From a virus (Duplodnaviria > Caudoviricetes): a stretch of 58,945 nucleotides of DNA. The position numbers and the translations under genes were made by a program. Below are positions 1 through 9,400 of this stretch, in pieces. The stretch lies in IMG/VR virus record IMGVR_UViG_3300027905_000003, positions 1 through 58,945 of that record. One strand, given 5' to 3'. Position 1 is the stretch's first letter, and each line of letters opens with the position of its first letter. Under the pieces are notes generated by a model that was not told the origin of the DNA, made no database searches, and was given only the letters and a program-made list of their open reading frames with translations.

Positions 1-77
1 CTCAATCGCGATCACACCCGCGAGTACGACTGGTCGTCGTTCGATGGCGATGAGATGAGCGCCTTGGGCAGCTTGGC
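1..77. repeat. 77-bp terminal overlap, identical to 58869-58945 (circular assembly)
   Basis: CTCAATCGCG...GCAGCTTGGC occurs exactly at both ends. The ORF starting at ATG 58830 continues in frame across the junction. Confidence 0.95.
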
Positions 78-339
78 GCGGACGATGGGGTTCGGTGAAG
101 CGTGGCGGCCGATGGTGATCGTCAAGCGGGACTTGTCCGATGAACGACTCATCGCCGCGGCCCAGTGGCTCTTGGAGCATCAACGGTTCCCGCTCGACAA
201 AGAGCCGCACCACGCGTTGGTCTGTCGGGCCCTCACGTGGACCGACCAGCATACCCCGCACGAGACGCAAGAGGCGCTCATGCGGATCGCCGAGCGCCGG
301 CGGCGCCAGAGCACACGATCGCCCCGCGCCGGCCAGTAG
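1..339 (+). CDS. Hypothetical protein spanning the circular junction (likely start ATG 58830, MADAPKPAPEGG...)
   Basis: 13 codons at 58830-58868 join frame 1 at position 1 and run to TAG 339. Confidence 0.75.
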   Translation, partial: LNRDHTREYDWSSFDGDEMSALGSLARTMGFGEAWRPMVIVKRDLSDERLIAAAQWLLEHQRFPLDKEPHHALVCRALTWTDQHTPHETQEALMRIAERRRRQSTRSPRAGQ

Positions 340-354
340 GCGGCCATCGCTCTC

Positions 355-1665
355 ATGAGCCGCCAGAACGGGCATCGGCCATCCGCCGACATCATCGAGG
401 CCAACCGGCGCTACAACGCGGGCTTTGATGATAATCCGGACCCCGAGGAGCTGCTCCCCGGTTGGCCCGAGCCGTTAGCGAAACCGGCCTTCCGTGAGTT
501 GGCGGGCACCGTGGTCGAGACGATCTTGCCGCACTCGGAGGCGGACCCCGCGGCGATCCTGCTCCACTTTTTGGTCCTCGCCGGTGCGATCATCGGCCGT
601 CGGCGCTTCATGCCGATCGAAGGCTCGCGCCACTGCCCCAACATGTTCTTGCTGATCGTCGGGGACACGTCGAGCGGACGCAAAGGCACGGCCTACAGTC
701 AGGTCCGGCGGATCATGAGCGAGGCGTTCCCCGACTTCATGCGAAAGAACGTCGCGATGGGGCTGGCCTCAGGCGAAGGGTTGATCAACGCCGTGCGCGA
801 TTCGACACAGGATGACGTCGGGATCGTGGACAAGCGATTGGTCTGCGTGGAGACCGAGTTCGCTTCAGTCCTCCGCGCGCTCGACCGCGACGGCAATACG
901 CTGAGTGCTCGGCTCCGCCAGGCGTTCGACTCGGGCGATCTCCGCACATTGACGAAGGCGACCCCGCTCGTAGCCAGCGACGCGCACATCGCGTTGATCG
1001 GTCACATCACGCCGAGCGAGTTGGGGTTCCGGTTGCAGAAGACGGAAATCTCGAACGGCCTCCTGAACCGGTTTCTCCTCGCGTGCAGCCGGCGCTCGAA
1101 GAAGCGACCGGAGGGCGGCGTCGTCCCCGAGCACCAGGTCCATGACTTGGGAGCGGTCGTCCGCGAGATCCTGAACACGAGCGCCATGCAGTACCTGCAA
1201 CTCGAACGCGATGCGCAGGCGAAAGCGCTCTGGCAGACCGTCTACGATGAACTGACGGATGGATATGCGGGCGAACTCGGGGAGGTATTGAGCCGGGCCA
1301 CGGCGCTCGTCACGCGGCTCTCCCTCATCTATGCCACCCTTGACCGCGGGCTCGCCATCCAGTCCGAACATCTCCAAGCCGCGTTAGCTGTATGGCACTA
1401 CGTCGTTCAGTCTGTTCAGTACCTCTTTGGTACTCTAGAGCAGTTAGATAGAAGGGCGGATGAACTGCTGGATGCTATACGAAGTGAAGGGAAAGAAGGG
1501 ATCAAACGCAGTGAGCTGAGAGATGCGGTGTCCCACCACATCTCGGCGTCGGAAATGGAAGGCGCATTGCGCAGTTTGGAGGCGCGGGGACTGGCCGAGC
1601 GGCGAAGCGAAAAAACAAAAGGACGTCCGCTCGAAACGTGGGTCGCGCGCAAAACCGATGAATAG
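355..1665 (+). CDS. DUF3987-type replication protein (primase-associated helicase-like NTPase) with C-terminal winged helix
   Basis: P-loop-like LLIVGDTSSGRKGT, plus SGEGLI, ETEFASVL and NGLLNRF; C-terminal LRSLEARGL...KGRP. Confidence 0.75.
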   Translation: MSRQNGHRPSADIIEANRRYNAGFDDNPDPEELLPGWPEPLAKPAFRELAGTVVETILPHSEADPAAILLHFLVLAGAIIGRRRFMPIEGSRHCPNMFLLIVGDTSSGRKGTAYSQVRRIMSEAFPDFMRKNVAMGLASGEGLINAVRDSTQDDVGIVDKRLVCVETEFASVLRALDRDGNTLSARLRQAFDSGDLRTLTKATPLVASDAHIALIGHITPSELGFRLQKTEISNGLLNRFLLACSRRSKKRPEGGVVPEHQVHDLGAVVREILNTSAMQYLQLERDAQAKALWQTVYDELTDGYAGELGEVLSRATALVTRLSLIYATLDRGLAIQSEHLQAALAVWHYVVQSVQYLFGTLEQLDRRADELLDAIRSEGKEGIKRSELRDAVSHHISASEMEGALRSLEARGLAERRSEKTKGRPLETWVARKTDE

Positions 1666-1689
1666 CTGAGGATGCTTGTAAGTATATGT

Positions 1690-1900
1690 ATAGGGCAAAA
1701 AGGGCAGAAGGGCAAAAAGGGTCTAAGTCGTTGTCAGATAAGCACATCTTTTTGCCAGCAAAAAGTGGGCGGAAAGTCGGGTACCCCGGGGGGGCATCAC
1801 CCCTTTTTGCCCACTTATCCGGCTGTTTTCGCCCAAATCGCATCTCATTCACCCGGAACAGCTTACGACCTTTTTGCTCATTTGCCCTTTTTGCCCCTGT
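1690..1900. repeat. Putative replication origin: AT-richer stretch of direct and inverted AGGGCAAAA/TTTTGCCC repeats
   Basis: AGGGCAAAAA AGGGCAGA AGGGCAAAAAGGG at about 1692-1721, with inverted TTTTGCC(C) copies at about 1750, 1805, 1880 and 1889, directly after the DUF3987 gene. Confidence 0.6.
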
Positions 1901-1941
1901 ATACAAATACACTCTACTGTCTGTTTACGGGGCCGTTTGAC

Positions 1942-2065
1942 GTGCGATTCGGCTCTCTGTTCGCCGGCAGTGGACCGATTGCACTGTCTGGGCAACGCTG
2001 TTGTCCCAGCGCAAGCGGCGCGCGCGTGGGAAGTCCTCATGAATCGCATCGGTCATTCACCATGA
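1942..2065 (+). pseudogene. DNA cytosine-5 methyltransferase remnant (N- and C-termini joined, middle deleted)
   Basis: GTG 1942 gives VRFGSLFAGSG (motif I). Directly after it, in another frame, is VDRLHCLGNAVVPAQA (motif X). Confidence 0.75.
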
Positions 2066-2247
2066 GCATCACCATCCATGCGGGGGACTGTCGGACCGTC
2101 CTCCCATCCTTGCCATCGGGATCGGTGCGATGCTGCGTGACGAGCCCGCCGTATCTCTGGCTCCGCGACTACGGCGTCGACGGGCAGATCGGGTTGGAGG
2201 ACAGCGCTACCCTCACCAGCACGGAGGACCCACCGCATGCCACGTAG
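2062..2247 (+). pseudogene. Truncated N4/N6 DNA methyltransferase (N-terminus only)
   Basis: MSITIHAGDCRTVL...VRCCVTSPPYLWLRDYGVDGQIGLE carries the SPPY motif IV, then stops after 61 aa. Confidence 0.8.
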
Positions 2248-2764
2248 TTGGGATGACGTCGAACGACAAGCGGAGTCTGGACCCCGAGGGATGTTTCATC
2301 TCTTGGCCTGGGGGATCGTCGCCTTGTTCGTGCTGGGAATGCTCGTGTGGTTCCTCGGGAGCGTCTGCAGTGTGGCCGAGAACACGCGCCAGACGGCGAT
2401 GCAGCAGTTCTCCCCATCCGCCTTGCTCGGCAAATACGAGTGGTTCAAGGACGCGCACGCGGCACTCGATGCGAAGCGCGCGAACCTCCAAGTCTATGAA
2501 CAGCGTCTCGCGGGACTCGAAAGGAGCTACGGACCGAACCGCGGCAAGTGGCCGGCCGATGAGCGCGAGCGCGCGGGAATTTGGGAGAGCGAGCAGGCGG
2601 GGATCGCCGCCTCGTACAATCTCCTCGCGGCCGACTACAACAGCGCGATGAGCAAATTCAACTACAGGTTCACTAACGTGGGAGATCTGCCGGGTGGCGC
2701 GACCGAAGTGTTGCCGCGATCCGTCGCCCCGTATACCACCACTGACCGGAGTGAAGCGAAATGA
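2237..2764 (+). CDS. Membrane-anchored helical protein
   Basis: N-terminal TM (LLAWGIVALFVLGMLVWFLG) followed by a coiled-coil; overlaps the next gene. Confidence 0.7.
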   Translation: MPRSWDDVERQAESGPRGMFHLLAWGIVALFVLGMLVWFLGSVCSVAENTRQTAMQQFSPSALLGKYEWFKDAHAALDAKRANLQVYEQRLAGLERSYGPNRGKWPADERERAGIWESEQAGIAASYNLLAADYNSAMSKFNYRFTNVGDLPGGATEVLPRSVAPYTTTDRSEAK

Positions 2765-3321
2765 GATCGTACGTGATTGCCCTGCTGTGCGCCCTAACGG
2801 CCTGCATTGCACAGCCAGACAGCGCGCCATCGCAGCCGGTGAGTGCTGGCGGCGTTACCCAAGCTGTGGCGAAAGTGACCACGGGGGCTGACGGCCTCAC
2901 CGCCGAGCAGCGCAACATCCGCGATCGTCTCGCCGAGGACAACAAACCCGGCGCGATCAAGCATCTCTACGTGATCAGCGCATACTCGGGCCAGGTCCTC
3001 ATCTACTCGACCGTCAGAGGAAAGGTGACCAGTGGCGGGAAGCGCCTCACGCCCACGAGCATCTACGCGGGTTGCACGGGCGGCCAGTACAACGCCGGAT
3101 GCTGGGGGCAGGACTGGAACGGCAACCGGACCGCCGAAGTGATTCAAGACGATGGCACCTACGGCACGAGCGGCGATTACCTCTACTGGTGGGACACGAG
3201 AGGCGTCTACCACCAGCACTACGTCCAGGGAGGGCAGATCGTCCACATCTCCTCAGAGCCATTAAACGTCCCGCACATCGTCTTGAACCTGAACGAGACC
3301 AAAGCCGATGCGCACCCGTGA
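2761..3321 (+). CDS. Putative lipoprotein
   Basis: Signal peptide with lipobox LTAC; ATGA-coupled to the upstream gene. Confidence 0.7.
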   Translation: MRSYVIALLCALTACIAQPDSAPSQPVSAGGVTQAVAKVTTGADGLTAEQRNIRDRLAEDNKPGAIKHLYVISAYSGQVLIYSTVRGKVTSGGKRLTPTSIYAGCTGGQYNAGCWGQDWNGNRTAEVIQDDGTYGTSGDYLYWWDTRGVYHQHYVQGGQIVHISSEPLNVPHIVLNLNETKADAHP

Positions 3322-3682
3322 GCCCCCCGTTCAAGGTCGGAAGGACCCCCCAACCTTGCCAGGGGGTATCACCCCCCTACTGACCATCGACGAGGCCGCG
3401 ATCTATCTGCATATTTCCGTCAAGCAGATGCGGCAGCGATCGGATATTCCCCGGTTGAACCTGAGCGAGCCGGGCGTCCGGAAACCGCAGTGGCGCTATC
3501 GGCTCGCGGATTTAGAGCGATTCGCGGCCGACCGCGTAATAAACCCCCACCGACCAGGGGACCGAGAGCATGCGACAGCGCCAGTGGTTCTACCACGGCA
3601 GCAAGGCGTGGATGCGCGTCCTACGGAGCGACAAGCGCTCCGTGCGCGTCTCCTGCGAAACGTCAGATCCCCACACCGCTGA
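3308..3682 (+). CDS. Excisionase-like HTH protein
   Basis: LLTIDEAAIYLHIS...WRYRLADLERF resembles HTH_17; lies upstream of the integrase. Confidence 0.7.
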   Translation: MRTREPPVQGRKDPPTLPGGITPLLTIDEAAIYLHISVKQMRQRSDIPRLNLSEPGVRKPQWRYRLADLERFAADRVINPHRPGDREHATAPVVLPRQQGVDARPTERQALRARLLRNVRSPHR

Positions 3683-4682
3683 CGCCATTTGCGAGATGCG
3701 GAACGCGCTCCAGAACCGAGGCGAGTTCTCGCTGATCGATGGGCTGACCGACCGCACCATTAGTCCACTGGCCCTGCTGGCCGAGTATCGGCGGGACCCG
3801 ATGCTGGCCGAGGCCAAAAAGGCGCTTGATGACATCGACCTCGGGCCCTTAGTCGACGAATGGCGCGCATCGCTCTTGAACGATGGACTCGCGTCCGCCG
3901 ACCGCTACATCGAGCAAGTCCGCCGACTCATCGCGCACGGCGAGGCATTCCCGAGAAGCGCGTTCGCCAAGCAGACGCTCCGACGCCATCTCGACTCACT
4001 CGCGGTCACCGGGTCGACGCGGAACCGCCACCGCGCCGCGCTCCGGCAATTCGCCGCGTGGCTCGTGGACCGTGACGTGCTCGACACGAATCCCGTCAAC
4101 GATGTCCGCTCCTCGACCGAGAACGATCATCGCATGCGGTATCTGACGCCGGCCGAGGTCCAGATGCACAACGCGGCCTTGCCAGACCCATACCGGGCGC
4201 TTGAGGCGATTATGGCGGGAACCGGCATGGAGTGGGGGGCGATCGTCAAGGGTCCTCGCACGCCGGGTCTTCGCCGGCGCGACATCGACTTCAAGGCGCG
4301 GACCATCCAGGCCCACGGGGGCAAGAATCGCTGGCGGAACCGGAGGTGCCACGTGACCGAGCTCTGGACATGGCCGATCATCCTCGACTACGCGAAGCGG
4401 GTCCTGCCCAACCAACTCCTGTTCAGCGACGCCGTCGACTTCCATGATGAAGCGTTGGATCTGCATCACGCGGCGTCGGAAGCGGTACAGTTGGAGCATT
4501 CGACGCTGCACGACCACCGACACAGCTACGCCTACGCCACGCTCTCGCGGGGGATGCCGGCCATTCTGGTCGCGCGCCAGTTGGGCCATAAGGATGCGAG
4601 TATGGTGAACAAGAACTACGGGGACTTCATCCCGAGAGGGCACGAGTACGAACGGTACCTGAGCGCAGAGAGTGGAACGTGA
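3570..4682 (+). CDS. int: Tyrosine recombinase/integrase
   Basis: RYLTPAEV, box I-like GTGMEWG, GGKN, LHDHRHSYA (HxxR), QLGHKD and catalytic-type Tyr in KNYG. Confidence 0.9.
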   Translation: MRQRQWFYHGSKAWMRVLRSDKRSVRVSCETSDPHTADAICEMRNALQNRGEFSLIDGLTDRTISPLALLAEYRRDPMLAEAKKALDDIDLGPLVDEWRASLLNDGLASADRYIEQVRRLIAHGEAFPRSAFAKQTLRRHLDSLAVTGSTRNRHRAALRQFAAWLVDRDVLDTNPVNDVRSSTENDHRMRYLTPAEVQMHNAALPDPYRALEAIMAGTGMEWGAIVKGPRTPGLRRRDIDFKARTIQAHGGKNRWRNRRCHVTELWTWPIILDYAKRVLPNQLLFSDAVDFHDEALDLHHAASEAVQLEHSTLHDHRHSYAYATLSRGMPAILVARQLGHKDASMVNKNYGDFIPRGHEYERYLSAESGT

Positions 4683-4855
4683 AACAGCGACCTCTCCGGA
4701 GTACGTCGATTCAGGTTCGGCTCAATGAGCAGGAGAAGAAGCTTCTTGACGGCGTGGCCGATAGACAGGGACTTACGACATCGAGTTGGGCACGGTCAGT
4801 CTTGTTGCGAGAGGCACGCCGGGATGGCGAAACTGGGCAGACGCGACGGTCTTAA
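4679..4855 (+). CDS. 58-aa ribbon-helix-helix protein overlapping tRNA-Leu
   Basis: GTG overlaps the integrase stop. SIQVRLNEQEKKLLDGVADRQGLTTSSWARSVLL is similar to 12708-12875. Not in the supplied ORF track. Confidence 0.65.
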   Translation: MKQRPLRSTSIQVRLNEQEKKLLDGVADRQGLTTSSWARSVLLREARRDGETGQTRRS

Positions 4856-4902
4856 GAACCGTTGACCGGAAGGTCGTGCGGGTTCAAGTCCCGCTCCCGG
4901 CA
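4818..4902 (+). tRNA. trnL: tRNA-Leu(TAA)
   Basis: Acceptor GCCGGGA/TCCCGGC, anticodon arm ACGGT-CTTAAGA-ACCGT, long variable arm, T arm GCGGG-TTCAAGT-CCCGC, A73. Confidence 0.92.
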
Positions 4903-4926
4903 TTGGACAATTAAGCGGGGATCAAC

Positions 4927-5337
4927 GTGATTGAATTTGATGAGAGCATCATCGGCATCTGGTTTATGACGACGGACCGCGATCAGGACTTCATGCTCGG
5001 ACTCAACTCTGAGGGCGACCATTTGCGAATGCGGTACCGGTTCCGGTATTACAACCCAGAGTCCCAGCGATCCCATGACGGGAAGGACAAGAAGAACTGG
5101 TTCAGTGCCGTTGTTACCGCCCCACGTGCCGAAGCCATAGCCAAGATGGAAGCGTGCCTAAACCAGTTCGCCTTGGCCGCCCAGCGGATGTTCGAGTCAT
5201 CGCCCAAGATCTGGTCGTTGGTTCGCGGTGAGTCCGAGACGGTGGGCGACTTCATCGATCGATTCAAGGCAGCGCCATTCGCGAATTTCAAAGAGATGTC
5301 GCAGGAGGAAGCGAAGGCCCTGGGCTTGGAGGGATGA
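4927..5337 (+). CDS. Hypothetical protein
   Basis: 136-aa ORF, ATGA-coupled to 5334-5666. Confidence 0.65.
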   Translation: MIEFDESIIGIWFMTTDRDQDFMLGLNSEGDHLRMRYRFRYYNPESQRSHDGKDKKNWFSAVVTAPRAEAIAKMEACLNQFALAAQRMFESSPKIWSLVRGESETVGDFIDRFKAAPFANFKEMSQEEAKALGLEG

Positions 5338-5666
5338 ACATGGCGGTGGTCCTCGTGCAACTCTTGTGTCCCGACCGGCATTGCATCACGGCCGTTGCCA
5401 GCGGTGAGAAATCGCCGGAAGAGATGATCGCGCTGTTCAAGACGATGATCGCGCTGGGGATTGAGCGTCATGCCCTGAATCCCTGGTGCGGGCTCTGTGG
5501 CGCGCCGGCCGACACATGGCAGTACGAAGCCACGCGCACGCCGTGGCCCACGATGGAGGAAGCCATGCCCATTCTGCGAACGGGAGAGCAGGGCCAGATC
5601 CAGTATGCCCGCGTGCAACGCGAAGCGGGGCTGGCGTACGACAAGGACCCAGGGGCGCAGAACTGA
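5334..5666 (+). CDS. Hypothetical protein with Cys motifs
   Basis: CPDRHC and CGLC; coupled to the upstream gene. Confidence 0.6.
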   Translation: MNMAVVLVQLLCPDRHCITAVASGEKSPEEMIALFKTMIALGIERHALNPWCGLCGAPADTWQYEATRTPWPTMEEAMPILRTGEQGQIQYARVQREAGLAYDKDPGAQN

Positions 5667-5689
5667 TATCCCCCAGTGGTATCCGAAAT

Positions 5690-5860
5690 TGTGTCGTTTT
5701 TTGTGTCAAAGCGATGCGCGATGCGGCCCCTGTTTACAGCGTTAAAGCCATCTATGCCGAGCCAATGTGATTCTCCGGGCTACGGCACCCTCTTAAAATC
5801 CCCTAGCGGTTGTTGATTGACAACGACTTACACGATCACTGTGACACCCACTGTGACAGG
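5690..5860. other. Candidate attP site
   Basis: AT-rich gap containing a tRNA-3'-end-like core TCCGGGCTACGGCACC (5774-5789), tandem CACTGTGACA (5837, 5849) and TGTGTC copies near 5690 and 5702. Confidence 0.5.
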
Positions 5861-7314
5861 GCATCATTCTGTTTGCTTTCTGTCCATCTGTGTGATACTG
5901 TACGCTCAAGGATGGGTGTACCTTCAAGGTAGGTAATACATCGACGTGCGACAGGGGACGCCTTTGAGAGTGATCGCCGTGGAGTTCGAGATCGAACGAG
6001 ACAATGACCTATCCGCTCTGGCCAACCTGCGGGCGCAGCTCGGTCGCACGGAGTTGGCTGGGACCTACGAGATCAAAGGCGTTGTCAACCGTGGCCGCGT
6101 CTGTCGCGAATGCGGGTTCGAGGAGTATGGCTCGACCCAACGACTCGAAGCGAAGGGCGGTCCTGTGGCTACCTTCGTCGCCGCCGACCTATGCAGCGCC
6201 TGCGAGAGAGAGGGCACGGCTGCGGGCGACCGGGACGAGGCCATGCGATTGGCTTCTATGGCGGACGAGGATACAAGGGCTCGGGTCCCGCGCCCGCACA
6301 ATCCGCGGGCGCCCCGACAGAAGAACGCGAGGCGAAAGGCGTGATCCCCGTCCACCAGTCTCCCTCCGACGTTTACATCCTCCCCGCCATCGCGGGCTCG
6401 TGGCCACCACCCGTCGATCGCTACGCCTCAGACATCGCCCGCGTCTCGGAGCAGTTGACCGGCGGGTCGCTTTCCCTTCCCATCGATCCAGCGAACATCG
6501 AGTGGATGCGAGCGCATATGCGAGGGGAGTACGAGGACCCGCTGTACACTGCCCTGAGCAGGGGACGCCCTTGACGCTGTTCTCCTTTGATCCGGTCACG
6601 AGCGCTGGGGATTTCTGGTTGGTCGCCGGCTATGCGATAGGGAGCATCGTCATCGTCGTGGCCGTGATCCTGGCCGTCTCGCATCTCCGGAGACCCGATG
6701 CACGACGGTGATGCGGTACTGGCGATCATCGATCTGATGGGCACGCCGTGGGGCATCGCCATCATCCTCGCGGTGGGGCTGTTTATCATCCTGGTCGGGC
6801 TACCGTGGCTGGAGCGTCCTGCGCCGCGCCGGTCACGGCGTCGGCATCACTAGGGGGCCTGGCTCATGCGCGTCGTGCTCTTTGGCGGCTATCGAGACGG
6901 AGACGAGTGGTTCATCGCGGGACCGCTGGCGCTCCCCGATGGCCAACTCGAGTACGCGCGGACCGTCCCGCTCGGCGGCATGCCATCGGGTTCGACGGGT
7001 GACGGCTGGGGTCCTATGCCTACCTGGATCTACGTCCTCACGGATGAAGTCCGGACCATTGACGGGGAGGCGGTACGGGTGATGCGACAGGACCGGAGAG
7101 CGGCAGCCGTTGAACCAGAGCGTGCCTCGCGGGAGGCAGAGCCGATGGACGAGGACCCGCTCCACGACCGCCCGCTCTCCGAGAAGCGGCGCGCGGTCGA
7201 CGCCATGGCCGATCTCGTGGACGAGGCGCTGGTCGGACCGGATCGACGGGCATCGCGAGTGTTGCCCATCGATCCGGCGAGTCCCTTCTTTCGCGCTCCA
7301 GCGAGGAAAGCCCG

Positions 7315-7851
7315 ATGAGCGACCTCGAAATCCAGCAGCGGAACTTGGCCTTGAAGACCGACGCCCGGCACTCAGGGTACACGGTGCAGCAGTTGGCCAA
7401 TTCCTACGAGATGGACGAGGACGAGGTGGTGCGGGTATTGGCTGAGGCGAATATCGTCGTGCATGATCGACGCCAGGTGCTGCCTTCGACTTCTCAACCC
7501 GAGCCGGAGACCGACGCCCAAATCGTCGCATCCGGCCGAGACCCGCTCGTCACGCGCAAGGCCGACCGGTCGGTTTCGGGCAAGAAGCCAGTCACGGTCA
7601 CGCCGCTCGCGCCTGTGGCGTCACACGGCGAGGCCAATGAGGAGGTCGTGAATGCGGCGACCGCCGCCGCTCCGGTGCATACGGTCCCCGCGACGGATCT
7701 CGTCTCCGTGCTCGCGAGCGTCCCAGCAGGCACCCGTGATGTGGTCCTTCGGATGCTCCCACCATTCGTCGATCTCTTAGGCTCGCTCTCCTATCCGGAA
7801 CGGCGGAAGGTGTTGGAGACGATCGCCACCTTGGCGGGGGTGAGCCTGTGA
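7315..7851 (+). CDS. Hypothetical protein
   Basis: 178-aa ORF within a coupled run of small + strand genes (5.9-15 kb). Confidence 0.6.
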   Translation: MSDLEIQQRNLALKTDARHSGYTVQQLANSYEMDEDEVVRVLAEANIVVHDRRQVLPSTSQPEPETDAQIVASGRDPLVTRKADRSVSGKKPVTVTPLAPVASHGEANEEVVNAATAAAPVHTVPATDLVSVLASVPAGTRDVVLRMLPPFVDLLGSLSYPERRKVLETIATLAGVSL

Positions 7852-8081
7852 GATGGCTCTACCATCCGCCCCGCGCCCCCAAGACGGGCCGGGATCTCCG
7901 CGCGTGGCGGGAACGCTTGGGCTGGACCCAGGCGACATTGGCCATCAAGGCGGGGGTCGTCTCACGCACGGTGTTGCGCGCGGAAGATGGGCGCTTCTCG
8001 TCAGAGACGCTCTGGAAACTGCTCGCGGCGCTCAAGGCCGGAGAGGCGGCACTCGAAGTGTCCGACGGTGGCAAGGCATGA
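7848..8081 (+). CDS. XRE-family HTH regulator
   Basis: LRAWRERLGWTQATLAIKAGVVSRTVLRAEDG. Confidence 0.8.
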   Translation: MRWLYHPPRAPKTGRDLRAWRERLGWTQATLAIKAGVVSRTVLRAEDGRFSSETLWKLLAALKAGEAALEVSDGGKA

Positions 8082-8422
8082 AGCCGGGCACCTATTGCTC
8101 TCAATGCGGACGGACGGATGTGGAGCTGCGAATGAACCTTGTGGGTCCGGGCCGAGGGGGCCGGGAGTCGGGCCGGCTCGGGAACGGGAAGGTCGTCACC
8201 TGGCGGGTGGAGTGGCCCCTCTATCACTGCCAGGGCTGCGATGCGCGCTTGCGTCGTACGGGATTCTACCCCAACTCCACCCCAAGCGACCCTCGCCCGC
8301 CCGTCTTCCTTGAGTCGAGCCCGTGGGCGACTATACCACGTGAGACCGAGTCCTAGCGACCTCGCCAGCAAACATCCATATTGGTTCCAATGCCGACAGT
8401 ATCAAAGGTGAATGGACGGAAG

Positions 8423-8674
8423 ATGCACCCGATGCGACTCCGCATCCCCGAGCTCTGGGAAGAACGCCATCAGACGCCCTATCAAGTTGCAAAGGAATCG
8501 GGCGGGCGACTGACTGAGGCGACACTCTACCGGATTACACGAGAGAGAGGGGCCGTCAAGTTCGTAAGCCTCGCCGTCCTGCAAGCGTTAGCGGATGTGC
8601 TGCACGTTGAGCCGCAGGAGCTGTTCGAGTATGAGCGGCGGGCGGTCAGGCCGAGGCCGAAACGGGCCGGATGA
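8423..8674 (+). CDS. Cro/C1-type HTH regulator
   Basis: MRLRIPEL...TPYQVAKESG...TLYRI...LQALADVLHVEPQELFEY. Confidence 0.75.
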   Translation: MHPMRLRIPELWEERHQTPYQVAKESGGRLTEATLYRITRERGAVKFVSLAVLQALADVLHVEPQELFEYERRAVRPRPKRAG

Positions 8675-8883
8675 CGAAAGTGAACCGCTACCTCGAACGC
8701 TTAAGCGATGACTGTTTCGCCATTGCGAAGCGACTGAACGACATCTCGGCTGACCTGTGGAGCAAGCAGCGCCGCGACGGCCCGGACACCAAGGACGCGC
8801 AGCTCGACATCGAACGCCAAGCGCAAGACATCGAAGCCGTCGGCCGAGCGCTGCACAAGGCGGCCATTTCCTACGATGAGGAG

Positions 8884-8936
8884 CACGCGACATGAAGGTC
8901 ACGCGACATGAAGGTCACGCGACATGAAGGTCACGC
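8884..8936 (+). repeat. 16-bp tandem repeat x3 (CACGCGACATGAAGGT) at a gene junction
   Basis: Units at 8884, 8900 and 8916 plus a partial fourth. Confidence 0.95.
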
Positions 8937-9400
8937 TGGAGAGCACGCCACAGGTCGTGACCCTCGATGGGGTCGCGGCCCGCTTGTGGACGGGCATGAC
9001 GGAAGGCGGCGTCGCCTGTGAAGCCTTGATTGCCCGTGTCGCGGTGCAGCACCGACTCGATCAGCATGAGTTCGAGGAGCTGTTGTTTCAGGATTTGCTG
9101 CCCGCCGCCCCTGCGGTGTCGCGCCCGCCAGGCCTGACGGACGACCTCGAAGCGCGATGGATGGCCTACGCCGAGACCCACGGGCGTATTCCGATGGACA
9201 TTCGGGCCGACGGCGTCATCTGGTACGCCGTGTTGGGAAATCTCCACCTCGCCCTCCGGCATCCGGGGCAGCAGGGCAATCGGTCCGCCGAGGTCGCGCG
9301 CGCGTTCATGCGCCAGACCATCGCTCGGCTGTCCGAGCAAGATGCCGAGGGGGGCGCCGTGCTCACCGAGATGTTCGGCGACGTCTTGGACGATGCGTGA
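8924..9400 (+). CDS. Hypothetical protein
   Basis: 158-aa ORF starting in the last repeat unit. Confidence 0.6.
   Translation: MKVTLESTPQVVTLDGVAARLWTGMTEGGVACEALIARVAVQHRLDQHEFEELLFQDLLPAAPAVSRPPGLTDDLEARWMAYAETHGRIPMDIRADGVIWYAVLGNLHLALRHPGQQGNRSAEVARAFMRQTIARLSEQDAEGGAVLTEMFGDVLDDA

Noticed and set aside
4818-4902. tRNA-Leu as the attachment site
   Set aside because: It is a complete gene with no partial duplicate. The 5690-5860 region fits attP architecture better, though tRNA-Leu cannot be excluded.
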